Assembly: GCA_044892525.1 (NCBI GenBank)
Contig: CM097888.1
Span: forward strand, 58,714,001-58,778,000
Reading direction: 5' to 3'
Length of the DNA stretch: 64,000 nt
Origin: Schmidtea polychroa
Lineage: Eukaryota
This document shows, one piece after another, positions 1-15,328 of the stretch. The stretch's first letter is position 1, and every line of letters starts with the position of its first letter. Under the pieces are notes generated by a model. That model was not told the origin of the DNA. It saw nothing but the letters and a program-made list of their open reading frames with translations, and did not search any database. The position numbers and the translations under genes were made by a program.

Positions 1-297
1 TTAAAAAATGAAGAAAACATGAAAATCATTAAATTATATATTAAATTAAACTGTTTCTCTTTTTTTGTCACTTTAGTTTTTCGTTTTAAACATTGATTGA
101 AAAAATATTTCAGGAGTATTTTTATGGTATTTAATAAAATTGTAAACAAACACGATTTTCGTTACAATTGAATGTTTAAAAATCTTCAGTAATATACTAC
201 CAGTCTTGATCAACGGTACCCGATTTGTGATTTACCGTAACATGCTGCTTCCAGGGAAATTAATTTTTATTTTGCAGTTTTGGCGGGTTACAGAATA

Positions 298-1100
298 AAA
301 TGGTATGTGGACAAGGATATGGAAACAGGGCGAGCATATGGACAAAATGGCATACGGTCACATGATATACAGTAAAATTATATGCAAGCTAAATGGAATG
401 TAGATAATGATATGCAGACAAAATGGTAAACTGATAAAAATGGTTTAAGTACAAGATGGTAGGTGGAATAAATGGAACGCAGATAATGTTATATAGACAA
501 AATGGCATACGGTCACATGATATACAGTAAAATTATATGCAAGCTAAATGGAATGTAGATATGCGAACAAAGTGTTATACTGACAAAATAGTTTGAGGAT
601 AAGATGGTATGTGGAATAAATGGGCCGTAGATAATGGTATATGGACAAGATGGAACATGGTCAAATGATATACGGCAAATTACACAAGGGCTAAATGTAA
701 TGCAGATAATTATATGTGGACAAAATGGAATGCAGACTAAATGGTATGTGGTGATTTTGTGAGAAAAGTTCTCAACTATATTTTCATTGCACCCTTAACT
801 ATGAAACTTAGATTAAAATTTGATAACGAACCCAAAGTGTTGGTTAAAGGTCTTTATTAATTGAATACCGATTTTGAACTCTACAGCATTAACATTGATT
901 GTAATTTTCTAATGAATTAGTTAATATTATCACGATTGTGGGTATTCCTAACCCATAGATTTATGTATGTTTATTATAGCATCGTTTTTTGCCGACTTTA
1001 TCCTTACCATTTAATGTACAATTCTCTTTTCATATCATTTTCTCTTCTCATTTTCCCCTTGAATCATTAAATATACGACCATGTCCTTCACATACCAACA
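298..1100. repeat. Foldback-like element with arrays of short AAATGG/GGACAAAATGG subrepeats
   Basis: 300-760 is built from repeated (g)acaaaatgg/aaatggta units with a longer duplicated block (gacaaaatggcatacggtcacatgatatacagtaaaattatatgcaagctaaatggaatgtagat, twice). 1000-1100 carries reverse-oriented units; left tggtatgtggacaaggatatgg resembles the reverse complement of ccatgtccttcacatacca. Confidence 0.45.
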
Positions 1101-1819
1101 AATCATGATTGAGACAATAGAATTTGATCTAAATAAATTCATTTTATAGGTATCACCCGATTATTCTGACTCTAACAGGGTAGCAAAACATATACATCAA
1201 TTTGGAGAGTTTAAGTGGATATCGTAGGAATTTTCTCAATTTATGACAGATGAGCGAGGAAATAATTCTTTGAAAATGCTATGCTTGAAGACAGATGATT
1301 GTTATAAATGAAAAAAAAAGATTTATTTGCGAAATCTTGACAAATGTAAACAGAAGTGACAGAATAGAATTAGCGGTGATATGTTGAACAATTTGAAGGA
1401 AAAAATTATGTTGGCAATTATTTTAAATTATGAAGATTCCCGCAAACATTTTGATTTAGTGCCAAATTTGGTAAACTGTTATATTTAAATAATCCCAAAT
1501 AAACCGAATTAAAAAAGATTTTAAGGAATTGTATTTATCCAAAAAGCTCACTATGATACTTTAAAAACAGTACTTTTCGATCTGTGCCGCAAGAAGTTTA
1601 GAAAATATTTACAATTAGGACTTTTAAGGAAACCTATAACCGATACAAACTTCTAATTTTCTAATTTTTTTCACCACTTTTCTTGATAAATGTTTTACAA
1701 TAGAGAATTTGTTTTCTTACTATTTTTGGAAAGGAAAATACAACAATAAGAAATTAATATGAATTACGTTGCATACAATCTCTACCAAGTCTACTTCAAA
1801 CTATAAAAACGTAGGGAAT

Positions 1820-2125
1820 TGTTATTATATTCCTATGTTATTATTATTATTATTATTAATAATGTTTATGTTTATTTTTGCTTGTTGTTTTTGTATATTT
1901 GTACTCGACGATGAGGAGATTTGTATAACCCAGTCGAATCTCCTTTAAAAAATATACTATCTTGGGACAGCTGGGGTGATTGTATGTTAATTAAACATTA
2001 TGTGTAGACAACAACAATAAAAATTGAATTATAGTAAAATACTTATAAAACTAATTTCTTTACGAAACAGAGAATACACTTTTGGTTAGAATTAATTTAT
2101 GATGTTCCTCGAGAATTAAATTACA
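1820..2125 (+). repeat. LTR-like dispersed repeat, copy 1 (boundaries approximate)
   Basis: Shares tctcctttaaaaa...tct(t/c)gggacagctggg..ttgtatgt with 7090-7400 and gacag(c/t)tggggtg with 30060-30262; TG start and ...TTACA end. Confidence 0.35.
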
Positions 2126-2330
2126 AGAAAGTTTCTTTTGAAATCAGATTATGTTTGGTTGGGTTTAAGGTTGAGAATGAACGATTCTTATTATTTTCTT
2201 GGTTAGTTTTCTGCTTTCTTATTTTCGGATAGTTGAAGTTTTCATATTTTGTTCGTTTCGTACGATAGTTATTTTTCAATTGATATTTAAAAATTTAATT
2301 ATTGATGATTTTTTTTAAAATTTTCTATAG

Positions 2331-4413
<2,083 letters not shown>

Positions 4414-4699
4414 CTCTATAGTAATAATTTAGTTTTAATATATAATTTTATTATATTTTTTTAACATAGTCAACAATAGTAACAAAAACAATTATAGATC
4501 CTAATTACAAATGAAAAATTAACACCACACTACAAGAATCATTGTTTTAAAATTAAATAAAAGATTATCATTGTAGTCGTTTTCAAAAACTAATTATTTT
4601 GTTTTATGGCGCATTTTCTAGAGTACAAATTCAACTTATTATAATTATTAATTAATTCTAAAAGTATTGTTGCATATATATTTCCAATTTAATAGGTAT

Positions 4700-5650
4700 G
4701 CTGAAAAGTTTTGAACAATTTTTAATGTTTTTTATAATTTTGATTAATATTTAATTTACGATATAATTCAATTGTTATCAATAAATTTCTCCCATCTTAA
4801 TATCTGGGATAAAAGGATTCAACTTTGGAAGATAAAAATGTATCCACTGTCTTTTTGATATCTTTATTTTAATGAAATTTCTTTCTAATTAACAAATTTT
4901 TCAGAGCCAAAAACAATTGATTATCGGAAGGCGCCAAATCAGGAGAATATGATGGGTGTCTTAGAAATTCCCAACCAATCTCCGTTATTTTTTCTGCGTC
5001 GTTAAAGAAACGGGCGATCTTGTATTGTCGTGAGGGGGGAAAACTTTCTATTAAAAAGAGCTAGTCGATTTTTTTGAAAGTTCTGTTTAATTTTTCTATT
5101 GTTGGCAATATTTTTCGGAAATTATCGTTTTTCTTGGTTATAGTACATCACTGGTTTCAATTTTGACGGAATAGGTTGTCCGGGTTTGCAATATTTTTTC
5201 TTCCTCACAACATTTTCATATTTGATCCACTTTTCATCACCAGTATCAACCCCGATCCAAAAATATTCCATTCATCTGTTTTAAAAACAAAGATGAACGA
5301 GTATTTATTGAATCAATTAAGTTTTTTCACCTTCAAATTATTGAGTCGTTATACAAAAATCCAAGTTATCAGGAAAGGTTTGGCAAGCTACATTAATCTT
5401 TTCCACTTTCTCAGATAATGTCTAAGATGGATATTCTACCAAAATATTGTTCAAATATCTTCATCGATAGCGGAATATCTCCCAGACCTTAGTTCGTCTT
5501 CAAGGGTTAAATCTCCATTTTTAAAATATTCAAACCATCTTTTACATGTTCTCTGAAAAACAATATTTGTTCCAAAAGTTTTTGTCAAATTTAGAAATGC
5601 CTCTACAACATTTCCTCTCTGTTCGTATTCATAAAAAATGCAATGTCATA
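4700..5650 (-). mobile_element. Mariner transposase relic
   Basis: Minus-strand translation with frameshifts gives RWFEYFKNGDLTLED, FLDRVDTGDEKWIKYEN, HDNTRS and HPSYSPDLAPSDN (mariner DD34D motifs). Ends approximate. Confidence 0.85.
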
Positions 5651-7089
5651 AATGAATGTTATCTACAGATTGAATATCTCGGCGAGAACTGACGATAAGA
5701 CCGTATTTTTGGTACATTTAATAAGCGTATACTCATAAAATGAAAGATTGATCGTTATGATCGTTATATTTGCGTAGTATAAAATTCATTTAATTAAAAA
5801 ACATGTACTAAACGGACTTAACTTTTCTGCATATCTACTATAATTAAAAATATGAAAATTGTTTGAACGATTTCCAGTATGAATGACAATAGATCAAGAA
5901 CATCCCGCTGAATACCTGACATGCATATTAATTATTTTTTGATCGCTTTTCAACTGTTTTTGATGATATTTCATTTATTTTCTATTTTGACAAAAAATCA
6001 AATATATTTAATTTTAACAAAAAATAACACTAGATAAAAGCAAAGCCGAAAATTTGGATTGAATATACTTTTTGTAATGAAATAAATGAAATTTTATTAA
6101 TATTTTGATTTTTAACAACAAAATATTTTATTTTCGATCAATCTGGCAAATTATAATTACAAATTCACTTATATAGCAGTGCAAAATATTTATTATTTAT
6201 TGAATTTGATACCAACTCAATTCTCACAAAATTCCAATTAATTGAATTAAACGTTGTTGATTTTCAATAGTTTCATTATAAAACTAAAAATAACTAAAAT
6301 CGCCCGAGCTTAATTTATTCAAATCAGTATCAGGAAACAAAATAAAGCTAGCAGTTAATTTTTTTTCTTTTTTCTTTTTCATTTCTAAAACTCAAAATAT
6401 TGAACTCATTGAATTTCCTTTGAATTTCACAGTCGTAATGAAATGCTGATTTTAAATAATTGTCGTTTTTGTTATCTTTTAATTGCTATCTCCCATTTTG
6501 GCTTTATATTTTCAGTGATTTTATTTATGAAAATTATTTTTCTTTTAATCAATTGAAAATAAACATAAAAGTTTTAAAAACTTTCGTTATTGTTAAAATA
6601 AAACTAAGATAAATTAAGATTTCCGTATATAGAAAATTTCTAAGAGTTGGTAGAAAATGAAATTATTCATCAATTGAAAAGGTATTGTTCATAGTCCAAT
6701 TTAAACACGGTAGATTGTATTTTCAATAAAAAATTTTTTACAGAAAACAAGTGAAAGGAAAATCTGCGGATCAGTGAAAAATAGCTAAAATTGAAATTTT
6801 ACAAGTGACGTCAGCATCAACGTTTCACTGTAAATCGTGAAAACTGTTTATTTTTTAGGATCAACTTTGAAATTTATCTATAAATTTTGCAGAAACGAAA
6901 ATTGTGCAATTTCACTCACTAAGGGTATCCTAATTTATTTGTCGATATTTTTAAGTGAAGCAATTGTAAAAGTATCAGGAATTATTTGACTGAGTGTACA
7001 TCTTCCCACGAAAATGATAGTTTAGAATTGTTGAAGCTCAGGGACAAAAAAGATACGGAATTATGAGTCTTACATTGTTCAATTATGTT

Positions 7090-7400
7090 TGTTGTGGTAT
7101 AGTTTGGGTCTATGTTGATAGTATGGTAATACTAGTTAAATTGTTATTGTTATATTATAGTTGTGGTATAGTTTGTGGGAGAGTTTGTTAGAGCCCAACC
7201 GAGTCTCCTTTAAAAAGAACTGTCTCGGGACAGCTGGGATGTTTGTATGTAGGTTATTATATAAATATAACGACTAAAATAAATACGAAATATGTAGAAT
7301 TCAACAAAAACAATGTTAAACTTTCAAAACGTTTATTTAACAATAAATCAAAGACCTTTGTGAAATTCACGGGAGTCCTCGGATCAGAAGGAATTGCTAC
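7090..7400 (+). repeat. LTR-like dispersed repeat, copy 2 (boundaries approximate)
   Basis: Diverged match to 1820-2125: gagtctcctttaaaaagaactgtctcgggacagctgggatgtttgtatgt. Confidence 0.35.
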
Positions 7401-8176
7401 TTTGTACTTAGATATTCGGCATAAATTTCGACGTTTTTTTATTATTCCCGATATTATTTGAATCTTTCTATTTCAATAATTCGCTTAGTTACTTTATCGT
7501 ATTTTTTCTTGATTTAATTTTCAAAATTTTATTTATTATTTTACAAATAAAATTTATAATAATAAATAATAAAAATATCATAAACTGGTGGGGTAGGAAC
7601 TAAAATTGATAAAAATGTTTACAATTATAACGAAATTGACAACACATTGTTAAAATATTATTTGTTTAACTTCATTCCTTGATAGGTTGATAGATGACTC
7701 AATATCAGCGTTACGCAAAGGGGTGATAGAAACCTTGTAAATCTCAAATCTGAATTATACTTCGATTCCTTCATTTATTTCATGTAATTGTTAAAAATTC
7801 TATTAAAAATGTTTGAAAAAAAATTATTAAAACTTTTTGGGGGACCTGAAAATGGCTTGGTTAGTTTATATATCATGTTACCCGGGTTCATGTTCACACT
7901 CATTGACAAACTGGTTCGATCATTAAATGGAATAACTACTGGGATAGTTGGAATATTTGAACAGATAAGTTGATAAATTGTGAATATAATTGATGTCTGA
8001 TATTAAATGTAATAAAAAAGTGATATTTTCTCAAACAATATTGAGTTAATTTTGCAAAATATGTAATCTAAATAACTACCTTATAAACTTTTTATGTTAC
8101 AATAGCTTTTTGTTTGCTAATTATTGTTATTCTCTTAATCAAACAACGCATTTTAATTATTCATTTTCGTTTACAG

Positions 8177-8233
8177 GTCAGGGAATTTCTGAATAATGAT
8201 TTAATATCCATTCTGCTTTCACAGGAGAATGTG
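8177..8233 (+). CDS. DNM: Dynamin, GED exon (first recognisable exon in window; upstream exons not found)
   Basis: ttacag|exon|gttagt, 57 nt, VREFLNNDLISILLSQENV; aligns by eye to dynamin GED TKEFIFSELLANLYSCGDQ; phase 0 joins the next exon. Confidence 0.75.
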
Positions 8234-8262
8234 GTTAGTAAAATTATATGTTTCTATTATTA

Positions 8263-8309
<47 letters not shown>
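8263..8309. repeat. (ATT)n microsatellite
   Basis: Direct reading. Confidence 0.95.
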
Positions 8310-8380
8310 GTATTTAATTCTAGATTTATTTATTAATATTATTTTTGCTAACATTTCACATGTGGTTAGTAAATTTATAT

Positions 8381-8531
8381 NNNNNNNNNNNNNNNNNNNN
8401 NNNNNNNNNNNNNNNNNNNNNNNNNNNNNNNNNNNNNNNNNNNNNNNNNNNNNNNNNNNNNNNNNNNNNNNNNNNNNNNNNNNNNNNNNNNNNNNNNNNN
8501 NNNNNNNNNNNNNNNNNNNNNNNNNNNNNNN
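8381..8531. other. Assembly gap (151 N)
   Basis: Run of n. Confidence 1.
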
Positions 8532-9011
8532 TTTTATATGAAATCAACTTTTCTGTAATTTGCAGATTCGTGTTTGTTTCCGGTATTAAAATAGAAAAAA
8601 ACGATAAATTTCTTATGTTATTGATGTAAGAATGTTATACTTGCGTAATGTGGATAAAAACTCCTTAGACTCGTCCAGAAATGAAATTAAGAAATCCATG
8701 AAATTTTAAACATAAAACAATGAATATTTATACGTAAATATTATTATATAATTTTTAGCTAGTAAGCGTCTATTGACATTGTTTACAGTGTTTTTAAAAA
8801 TTGTACCTGTCAAATTTCGCAGTTTTCTGTTTTTGGCTTTTGATAAAGACAGAAAAGAAGGACTTCGTTTGTTGGCTGCACGAAATATATTGAAATGAAG
8901 CGCCATGCAGCCACTAATTATAATTGTATTTGAGAGTTTTCCTTTAACAGTAACACTGTGTTTGTTGAAGAAAGAATTGAACGACCCAAAAAATATTTAA
9001 AATAACTAAAC

Positions 9012-10343
9012 CAGGGGTTTCCAACCCGTTTGACCCTATGGGTCATATCAAATTTTGCCAAAAAAATTGGGCCACATAAACACGATTATTTTTTGGCAAT
9101 CTTTATTACCATTATTTTGTAACTGTGATTACAACCGATAAATTTTGAATAATAAAAAACACCATAATAATTAATAATTGCAAATTTAATTGTTAAAAAA
9201 ATACAAAATTGCGTACTTAAATGAAATTTTTTATTAAAAAAATATTAATTCGTTTTTAATGAGAACTTTGACAGACTTTTGAAATCAATAAATCAATGTC
9301 GAGTATGATGGAACTTGTAGCAATTCTTAAATAATTTTCGAAATATTCATTGAATAGGCTTATTCTTAATTTTCCCTTCATAAATTTCATTCTCGAAAAA
9401 GGTGGTTCACAAATCTAGGTACTTCCAAAAAGCGATTTTAGGAATAAGGCGTGATTATGAAGCAAGGGATATTTAGTTTTCGTAGATACATTTTGTAAAA
9501 ATCTAATAAGGAGACACGATCGAATTTCTCTTTAAGTTGCATGTCAGATTGCAATTCGATGCACTCAATTTAGAAATGTTCTAGTAACTGATCTATTTTG
9601 ATGGAAAAGGGTGTTGCGAATATATAAAATAGTTGTTTTTATTTTCGGAAATCTTGAAATCTTTTTTCAAATTCTTTGATCAATTCTGAAAGCAGTGTAG
9701 CATATTTTTCGTTATTCTTTCGTTTGTGCTTTTCGAGATATTTTTTCAAAATGTACATAATTTTTTGCTGCAATTTGCGCTTGCAATAACTTCAATTTCG
9801 TTTCAAATGCTATTATATTTTGAAACATTGTATTAATTAACTGATTTTCGCCTTGTAGGTGGAGGTTCAAAACATTCCACTAAGAAAGCTAAATCTGCTA
9901 ACCACAATTCATCATCAAATTCAGATATAGATTTTGTTTTTGAATTCATAAATAATTTGATTTTGTCCAATAATTCATAAAATTATTTTAACATTTTGTC
10001 CCGGCTTAGCCACCTTTCTTCAGAAAAATAGATAACATTACCGTGATCAGCTTCCATGCTTTTGAGAAATTCTTGAAACTTCCGGCGTTTTAATCCCTTA
10101 GCTTTAATGAAATTTACAGTTTCCACTACAATTTGCATTATATTTTACATTTTTAAAGACCTTGCACATAAACAATACAATGATATTTCATTAGATTTAA
10201 ATTCTTAATAGCAATCGCACCATTTTCTATTAGATTTCACAAGATCTTGTAAAATTTTCGGATTTTTATGAAAAATATTACTTTTTTAATTTTACTTTGG
10301 GCCAAAGAGGAAAGTATTTTGGGCCGAGTGTTTGACACCCAAG
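9012..10343 (-). mobile_element. hAT (SPIN/GTF2IRD2-like) transposon, degenerate, in dynamin intron
   Basis: Imperfect TIRs CAGGGGTTTCCAAC / CTTGGGTGTCAAAC; perfect 8-bp TSD aactaaac. Minus translation includes VVETVNFIKAKGLKRRKFQEFLKSMEADHGNVIYFSEERWLSRDKML and WLADLAFLV. Confidence 0.88.
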
Positions 10344-10640
10344 AACTAAACTATAGAGTTTTTAAATTATATTACCTACATAAATTTTAGCCTTGATCTC
10401 CTTAATTTAAATAAATTAAATGTTGTTTTTAAGATATATGACCTCCTTAATTTTAACTTGATTTCCCTAATCTAATTAAACATGTATACTCTTTAGAATT
10501 ATATGACATACTTAAATGTTGACCTTAAAATGACCTTGGCTTAATTTTATAAAATTACCTTACCATTAATTCTAGAATTTTTTGATGAATATTATAACAG
10601 AGGAAGAAACTCCATTGAGTCCTTATATTCCAGATAGTAA

Positions 10641-10780
10641 ATGTGTAAATCAGGAAGACCTCATCGAAAATGTCTCATTCTCAATGTGTTTTGGGATGTA
10701 AAAGATGTGACCAATATTAGCTTTACTCCGAAAATCATCGACTCTCACTACTCACTCGCAATGGTTAGTGATGTAATAAA
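10641..10780 (+). mobile_element. Short mariner-like relic
   Basis: RKCLILNVFWDVKDV...IIDSHY resembles mariner KVMATVFWD...TINSEYY. Confidence 0.4.
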
Positions 10781-12925
10781 GTTGCTACGCAAGCCCAGAA
10801 TCAAGACCTCTATCTTTTGCATTACAATGCACCAGTTCATATAGCTCATCGAACTATGTATATGATCTCCATAAACAGCTTCTTTCTGGTTTTATACTCA
10901 TCGTATTGTCCTGATTTGGCTCCCAGTGATTTTTTACGTTGAAACGTTTGTAAGGGCAGATAATTGAGTCAAAATGAGTTTAGTGCAAGATTACCACTTT
11001 CAAATCGATAATATATTCTGCATATTCTCTAACGTGAGCTCTTACAACGGCAATATTGTCTTCGCTTCTTGGATTTCGATGCATTATGATTCGATGGTTT
11101 AGTATCATCAAAGTAAATATGGTTGATAAGAAATTGAAAATAAATCAGTATGCTTTTGTCTGTTACAAAAACTCTGCTCAAATGGTTAACAGTAGCGACA
11201 TGGCTGCCATTTATAAGTCAATTCCTCAATATTGTTCATCATATAGTCAAATATTGAAATAAATTTGAAATAACAGGATGAATAAATTTGATTATAATGA
11301 ATAAGGAAAGAGTTTGAATCTACTTATTATAGTCAGTAGAATATTAATTTATCGATAATAATACCGTTACATCCAGAAAGATATATTATGAAAATGTATG
11401 TTTTAAAACTTTCAAATATAAGATTTAGGAAAGGCCTGTAAATTATGTCACTCGCTTAATAATATATTCGGCTAATTAAATATGGTTTTGAGTATTTAAT
11501 TCTAATAAACTCTAATATTACAGCGATCGCTTGATTATTTATAACACATTTGATGCAATCATCTCATGGAAATAATTACATTTATCCACAGGAATGGATT
11601 CACAGACCGCCATTATTGCCATTATTCATGAATCCGCTGAATCAATATTTTAATCAAACATTTATTAATTTTTCCTCTAAGAATACTTGAAAATTTCCTG
11701 TCAAGGATTATTTAAATTAATAAATAATAATAATAGTATATACAATAAGTATTATGTGTTATTTGAGGTCAAATTTGTTCTCTGCTAAATATTGTTTTGT
11801 TAATTTCATTCTTTAATTGTATATGTGTGTATTTCATAAAATCTACAATTTTGTATGCCAAAAAATTTTTAATCGTGGAGAATTTCATTTTAATGTTTAA
11901 ATTTAATTATAAATTTGTGACAAAATAATTCCAATTTAATTATTCCTTGAATCGTTCAAAAAATATATTTCCATCAATACTTTGTTTTTGTAATTTTTAT
12001 TAAAATTTTATATTATTATAATCATTCTTGTTCTTAAACTATTAACTGTGCCGGAATTGAATAATTTTAAAATTTAATTAGCTGACCGAGGCTGAATTAC
12101 AATATAAATTTTATAAAATAATTTATAAATTATATAAAAAACGAGAACTATTTAATAGTCGAAAATTTTCATTTTTGTTTTAATGAATTTGAAATTTGCA
12201 ATAATTACTTTATATTTAATTGATACTACAATAAAACCACATAGTTTTATAATATGAATTTTTGTGAATCATTTAATTTCTTTTATTTTCATTTTTTGTC
12301 AGATATATTTTGGCTTAATATTTATTTCTTAGGGTATTTGTTGATTCTGGTCATCATCAACACACATTGAATTGAAACAATAAACAACAAAAAATGTTTT
12401 TCGTCCAAAGTAGGAACTGAATTGTAATAAAATAATATTTTTCAACTTTTTATAATTGACTCAAACTATCACTGGAGACATTTATTGGGACCAATAGACC
12501 AGGTTACATTTGGCATAAATATTAAGAAACAGATGTTGGTTAACCGGAAAGGAATGATTATACAGCTTGACTTCATTAAGCAAAAGCACCCCCCCCATTT
12601 GAAGACCAGATAACTGCGCTGGGAAATTCTGTTATACCCTCCTTATAACATTTGTATTTTTTACCGACCCTGGTGAATTGAGAATTCAAAATTTCTGATT
12701 ATAACAATTCTAGCTTAACGAATTTCTTTGCATCAAGAATAAAATCGAGAAATTAAATTGTTAGTAATTATGAATAATGATGAGGAATATGTAATATATT
12801 AATGTGTAATTTGGTCTTTTTTGTTATTTAATGTGATGTTTATCTTGGTTATTAGGTAATTATTTCATTACAGTTTTATTGCAGTAAAATGCATTGTTAT
12901 CTGTTGTTAACAGAATTCATATTAG

Positions 12926-13087
12926 GATCATTTAATGGAAGAATCAATGGAAGTAATTCAACGTAGAGAAGATTTACTCAGAATTTATGAAGCTTTAAGG
13001 GCTGGTTTGCAAATTATCAGCAATGTTGTAACAGCTACTATTAGTGAACCTGCCCCACCTCCAGTTGTAAATGAATGGCCGAAGGCA
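12926..13087 (+). CDS. DNM: Dynamin, GED C-terminal exon
   Basis: tattag|exon|gtaaat, 162 nt, DHLMEESMEVIQRREDLLRIYEALRAGLQIISNVVTATISEPAPPPVVNEWPKA; matches dynamin [49 protein letters not shown]. Confidence 0.92.
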
Positions 13088-13139
13088 GTAAATTTAATAT
13101 AATATCTTTCTACAGATATTATAACGTTATAAATGTTAG

Positions 13140-13258
13140 AATGGTTTTACCGAAACAAGAGTAAACCCTAGAAGAATTAGTGCAGCATCTAATCGAGCGC
13201 CACCAGCTGTTCCAGGTAGCAAACCTAGTAATATGCTTCCTCAACCCTTAATTCCACT
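13140..13258 (+). CDS. DNM: Dynamin, proline-rich domain exon
   Basis: Follows a 52-nt GT-AG intron; NGFTETRVNPRRISAASNRAPPAVPGSKPSNMLPQPLIP+CT, donor gtaagt. Confidence 0.85.
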
Positions 13259-13843
13259 GTAAGTTAAGAATTATATTTTAAATTTCACTTTTATCGCTAT
13301 ATTCATATTCCAATCTGTCACAAGCACACAGTGAATAGGGTTAATATTATTTAATATTATTTTATTTGCTAAAGTTTCATAATTTATTAACACATTCGAT
13401 ATTCTGAACATAAAATATCAATCAACAATTTACACAATCATTATTTGATTTTTACACTTGTAATGCTACCGGGAATAATAATAATAAAATTTCATGTGAT
13501 GAAGTATTTATTAAACACATTTTTAATTATCAATAAAATCTTTTATCATTAAGAACTTATTAAGGAATTTTTGCGGCGTTCAAAGTTCAATATAAAAGTT
13601 ATTTGTTTAAGATTTTTGGTTCTAAGCCTCATGTAAAAATTATCATGTCAACTTCTCTATTGTGCTTTGGTAATAAAATAAAAGTGACAAATTAAAAAAA
13701 CGCAATATATCAATATGTAAAATGTGAGGTTTAATATTTTTTCAAAATATTTTCTGATGATTTTAATTACGACGACTACGGCTGCAATGTAGCATATTCA
13801 TGAACAGTGAGTTTCAATAGCCTGATAATATTGTAATATTTAA

Positions 13844-14340
13844 CCCCCTTTATTAAAGGACAAATTAATTATTTTGGAATTTGAATTCTAACTAATATAT
13901 TTTAAAATAATTATTGCTTAGATAAAATTAATTTGATAAATTGAATAAAAAGATATTTCTTAGTCCATCAGAAAAATCAAAGATTTCATCAATTAATATA
14001 TTGACCAAAGAAAATAAATTTATGTAATAAAAAAGAGATATTTTTTACAAAATTTTATTACAAAAAATATAAACATTTCAAACAAGTATTAATTATATTT
14101 TTTTACAATCATACTTATGAAATGGTTCAAAACACACAACGGCACATTACACTGTTTACATACATATACTCGTTCTTTTTGGATCTTTCACAGTGCTCCA
14201 AAAGGTACAACGATGACAAGTTCTCTGTCCAATATAATGTTGGACTTCTTCATTGAAACGCAAACTTTATGTAGTTAAAACAATAAATTAACCAAAAAGC
14301 GTTCTCGGCAAAGTATTGACATATTAAAGTTGATCTTTAT
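13844..14340 (-). mobile_element. piggyBac 3' relic (Cys-rich C-terminal domain)
   Basis: Minus strand about 14117-14215 gives RTCHRC...(frameshift)VYVCKQCNVPLCV; TTAA-CCCCCTT possible terminus near 13840. Confidence 0.5.
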
Positions 14341-14371
14341 ATAGGCGTTATTAGAAATATATACCTTACAG

Positions 14372-14594
14372 CAGTGTTTTCCAAACTTTTTTGAGCCACG
14401 GCACACTTGGCTGAATTAACAATTTTCGCGGCTCACCTAAATTTTTTTTGCTTTATTTGCAATTTTTTATTGCACTTTTACTAATCTTTTAATAAGAAAT
14501 GAAAAACTTATTTACTTGAAATAAATTTAATGTAAAATATTTAAATTTAGAAAAATTAGTGAATGACAGACGATACACAGTTCGGACAACACTG
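14372..14594. mobile_element. hAT-type MITE
   Basis: TIRs CAGTGTTTTCCAAACT / CAGTGTTGTCCGAACT; flanks ccttacag / ttgtaaac both have central TA but do not match as a TSD. Confidence 0.6.
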
Positions 14595-15061
14595 TTGTAA
14601 ACAAATAAATTTCGCACTTAACTGACTGATTAACATTTAAATTTGAAATAACTGTTAAAATATCCACAATTCAATTTCCTTTTATTAAGTTGTTTGGAAA
14701 AACAGGGAAAACAGGACAACACTGCCTTACAGTCACCAATTTCAGGATTAAATCGTTTTCGATGGTAAAAGCAAAACATACTCAGATTCGTCACCTCAAT
14801 CAAATATATCGTCAAAACAATATTTAAATTATACAAATGTATTGGTTCAAATTTTACATAAAATAACACTTAATTGTCTAAAATATCATGAATTTTGTTC
14901 ATTTTTTAAGTGACGTTACTGCTATTGGTTCTTCTCACTAAAATTACTTAATTTTATGATGCAACTGAACTTTTTAAAATTTTGTAAATTTATATATAAT
15001 AATTATTTTTAATTCGCATATATAATTTAAACCACGGACTTTAATAATTTATTTTAATTAA

Positions 15062-15147
15062 TCAAAACATTTAATCATTATGTCAAAACATTTAATCATT
15101 ATGTCAAAACATTTAATCATTATGTCAAATTATTTAATCATTATGTT
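15062..15147. repeat. 21-bp tandem repeat, about 4 copies
   Basis: tcaaaacatttaatcattatg repeated. Confidence 0.9.
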
Positions 15148-15234
15148 AATTTTTGTAAAATATATTGTCTTTATAATAATATTATAAGAACTTTTTTTCT
15201 TCCAATTTCACCACTGATTATTTTTTCCATTGAA

Positions 15235-15328
15235 TTTATTAAAAAGAGAGTTTGAAGACTAAATCAGTAATGTATCAACAAATCGATATATTACTGATTT
15301 ATAGTCTTCAAGCTCTCTTTTTAATAAA
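15235..15328. repeat. 94-bp foldback made of two inverted copies of a dispersed repeat end
   Basis: tttattaaaaagagagtttgaagactaaatcagtaat ... attactgatttatagtcttcaagctctctttttaataaa; single arms recur at about 32385-32420 and 47531-47587. Confidence 0.75.

Noticed and set aside
5176-5418. ORF containing QVIRKG, resembling the start of the dynamin PH domain
   Set aside because: It is the antisense of a clear mariner relic, has no splice context and no further PH similarity.
8248-8629. ORFs spanning the N run
   Set aside because: Artefacts of the (ATT)n repeat and the assembly gap.
15062-15147. Short tandem repeats as possible CRISPR arrays (also 40639-41025 and 57760-57830)
   Set aside because: Head-to-tail units without unique spacers, eukaryotic context, no cas genes.
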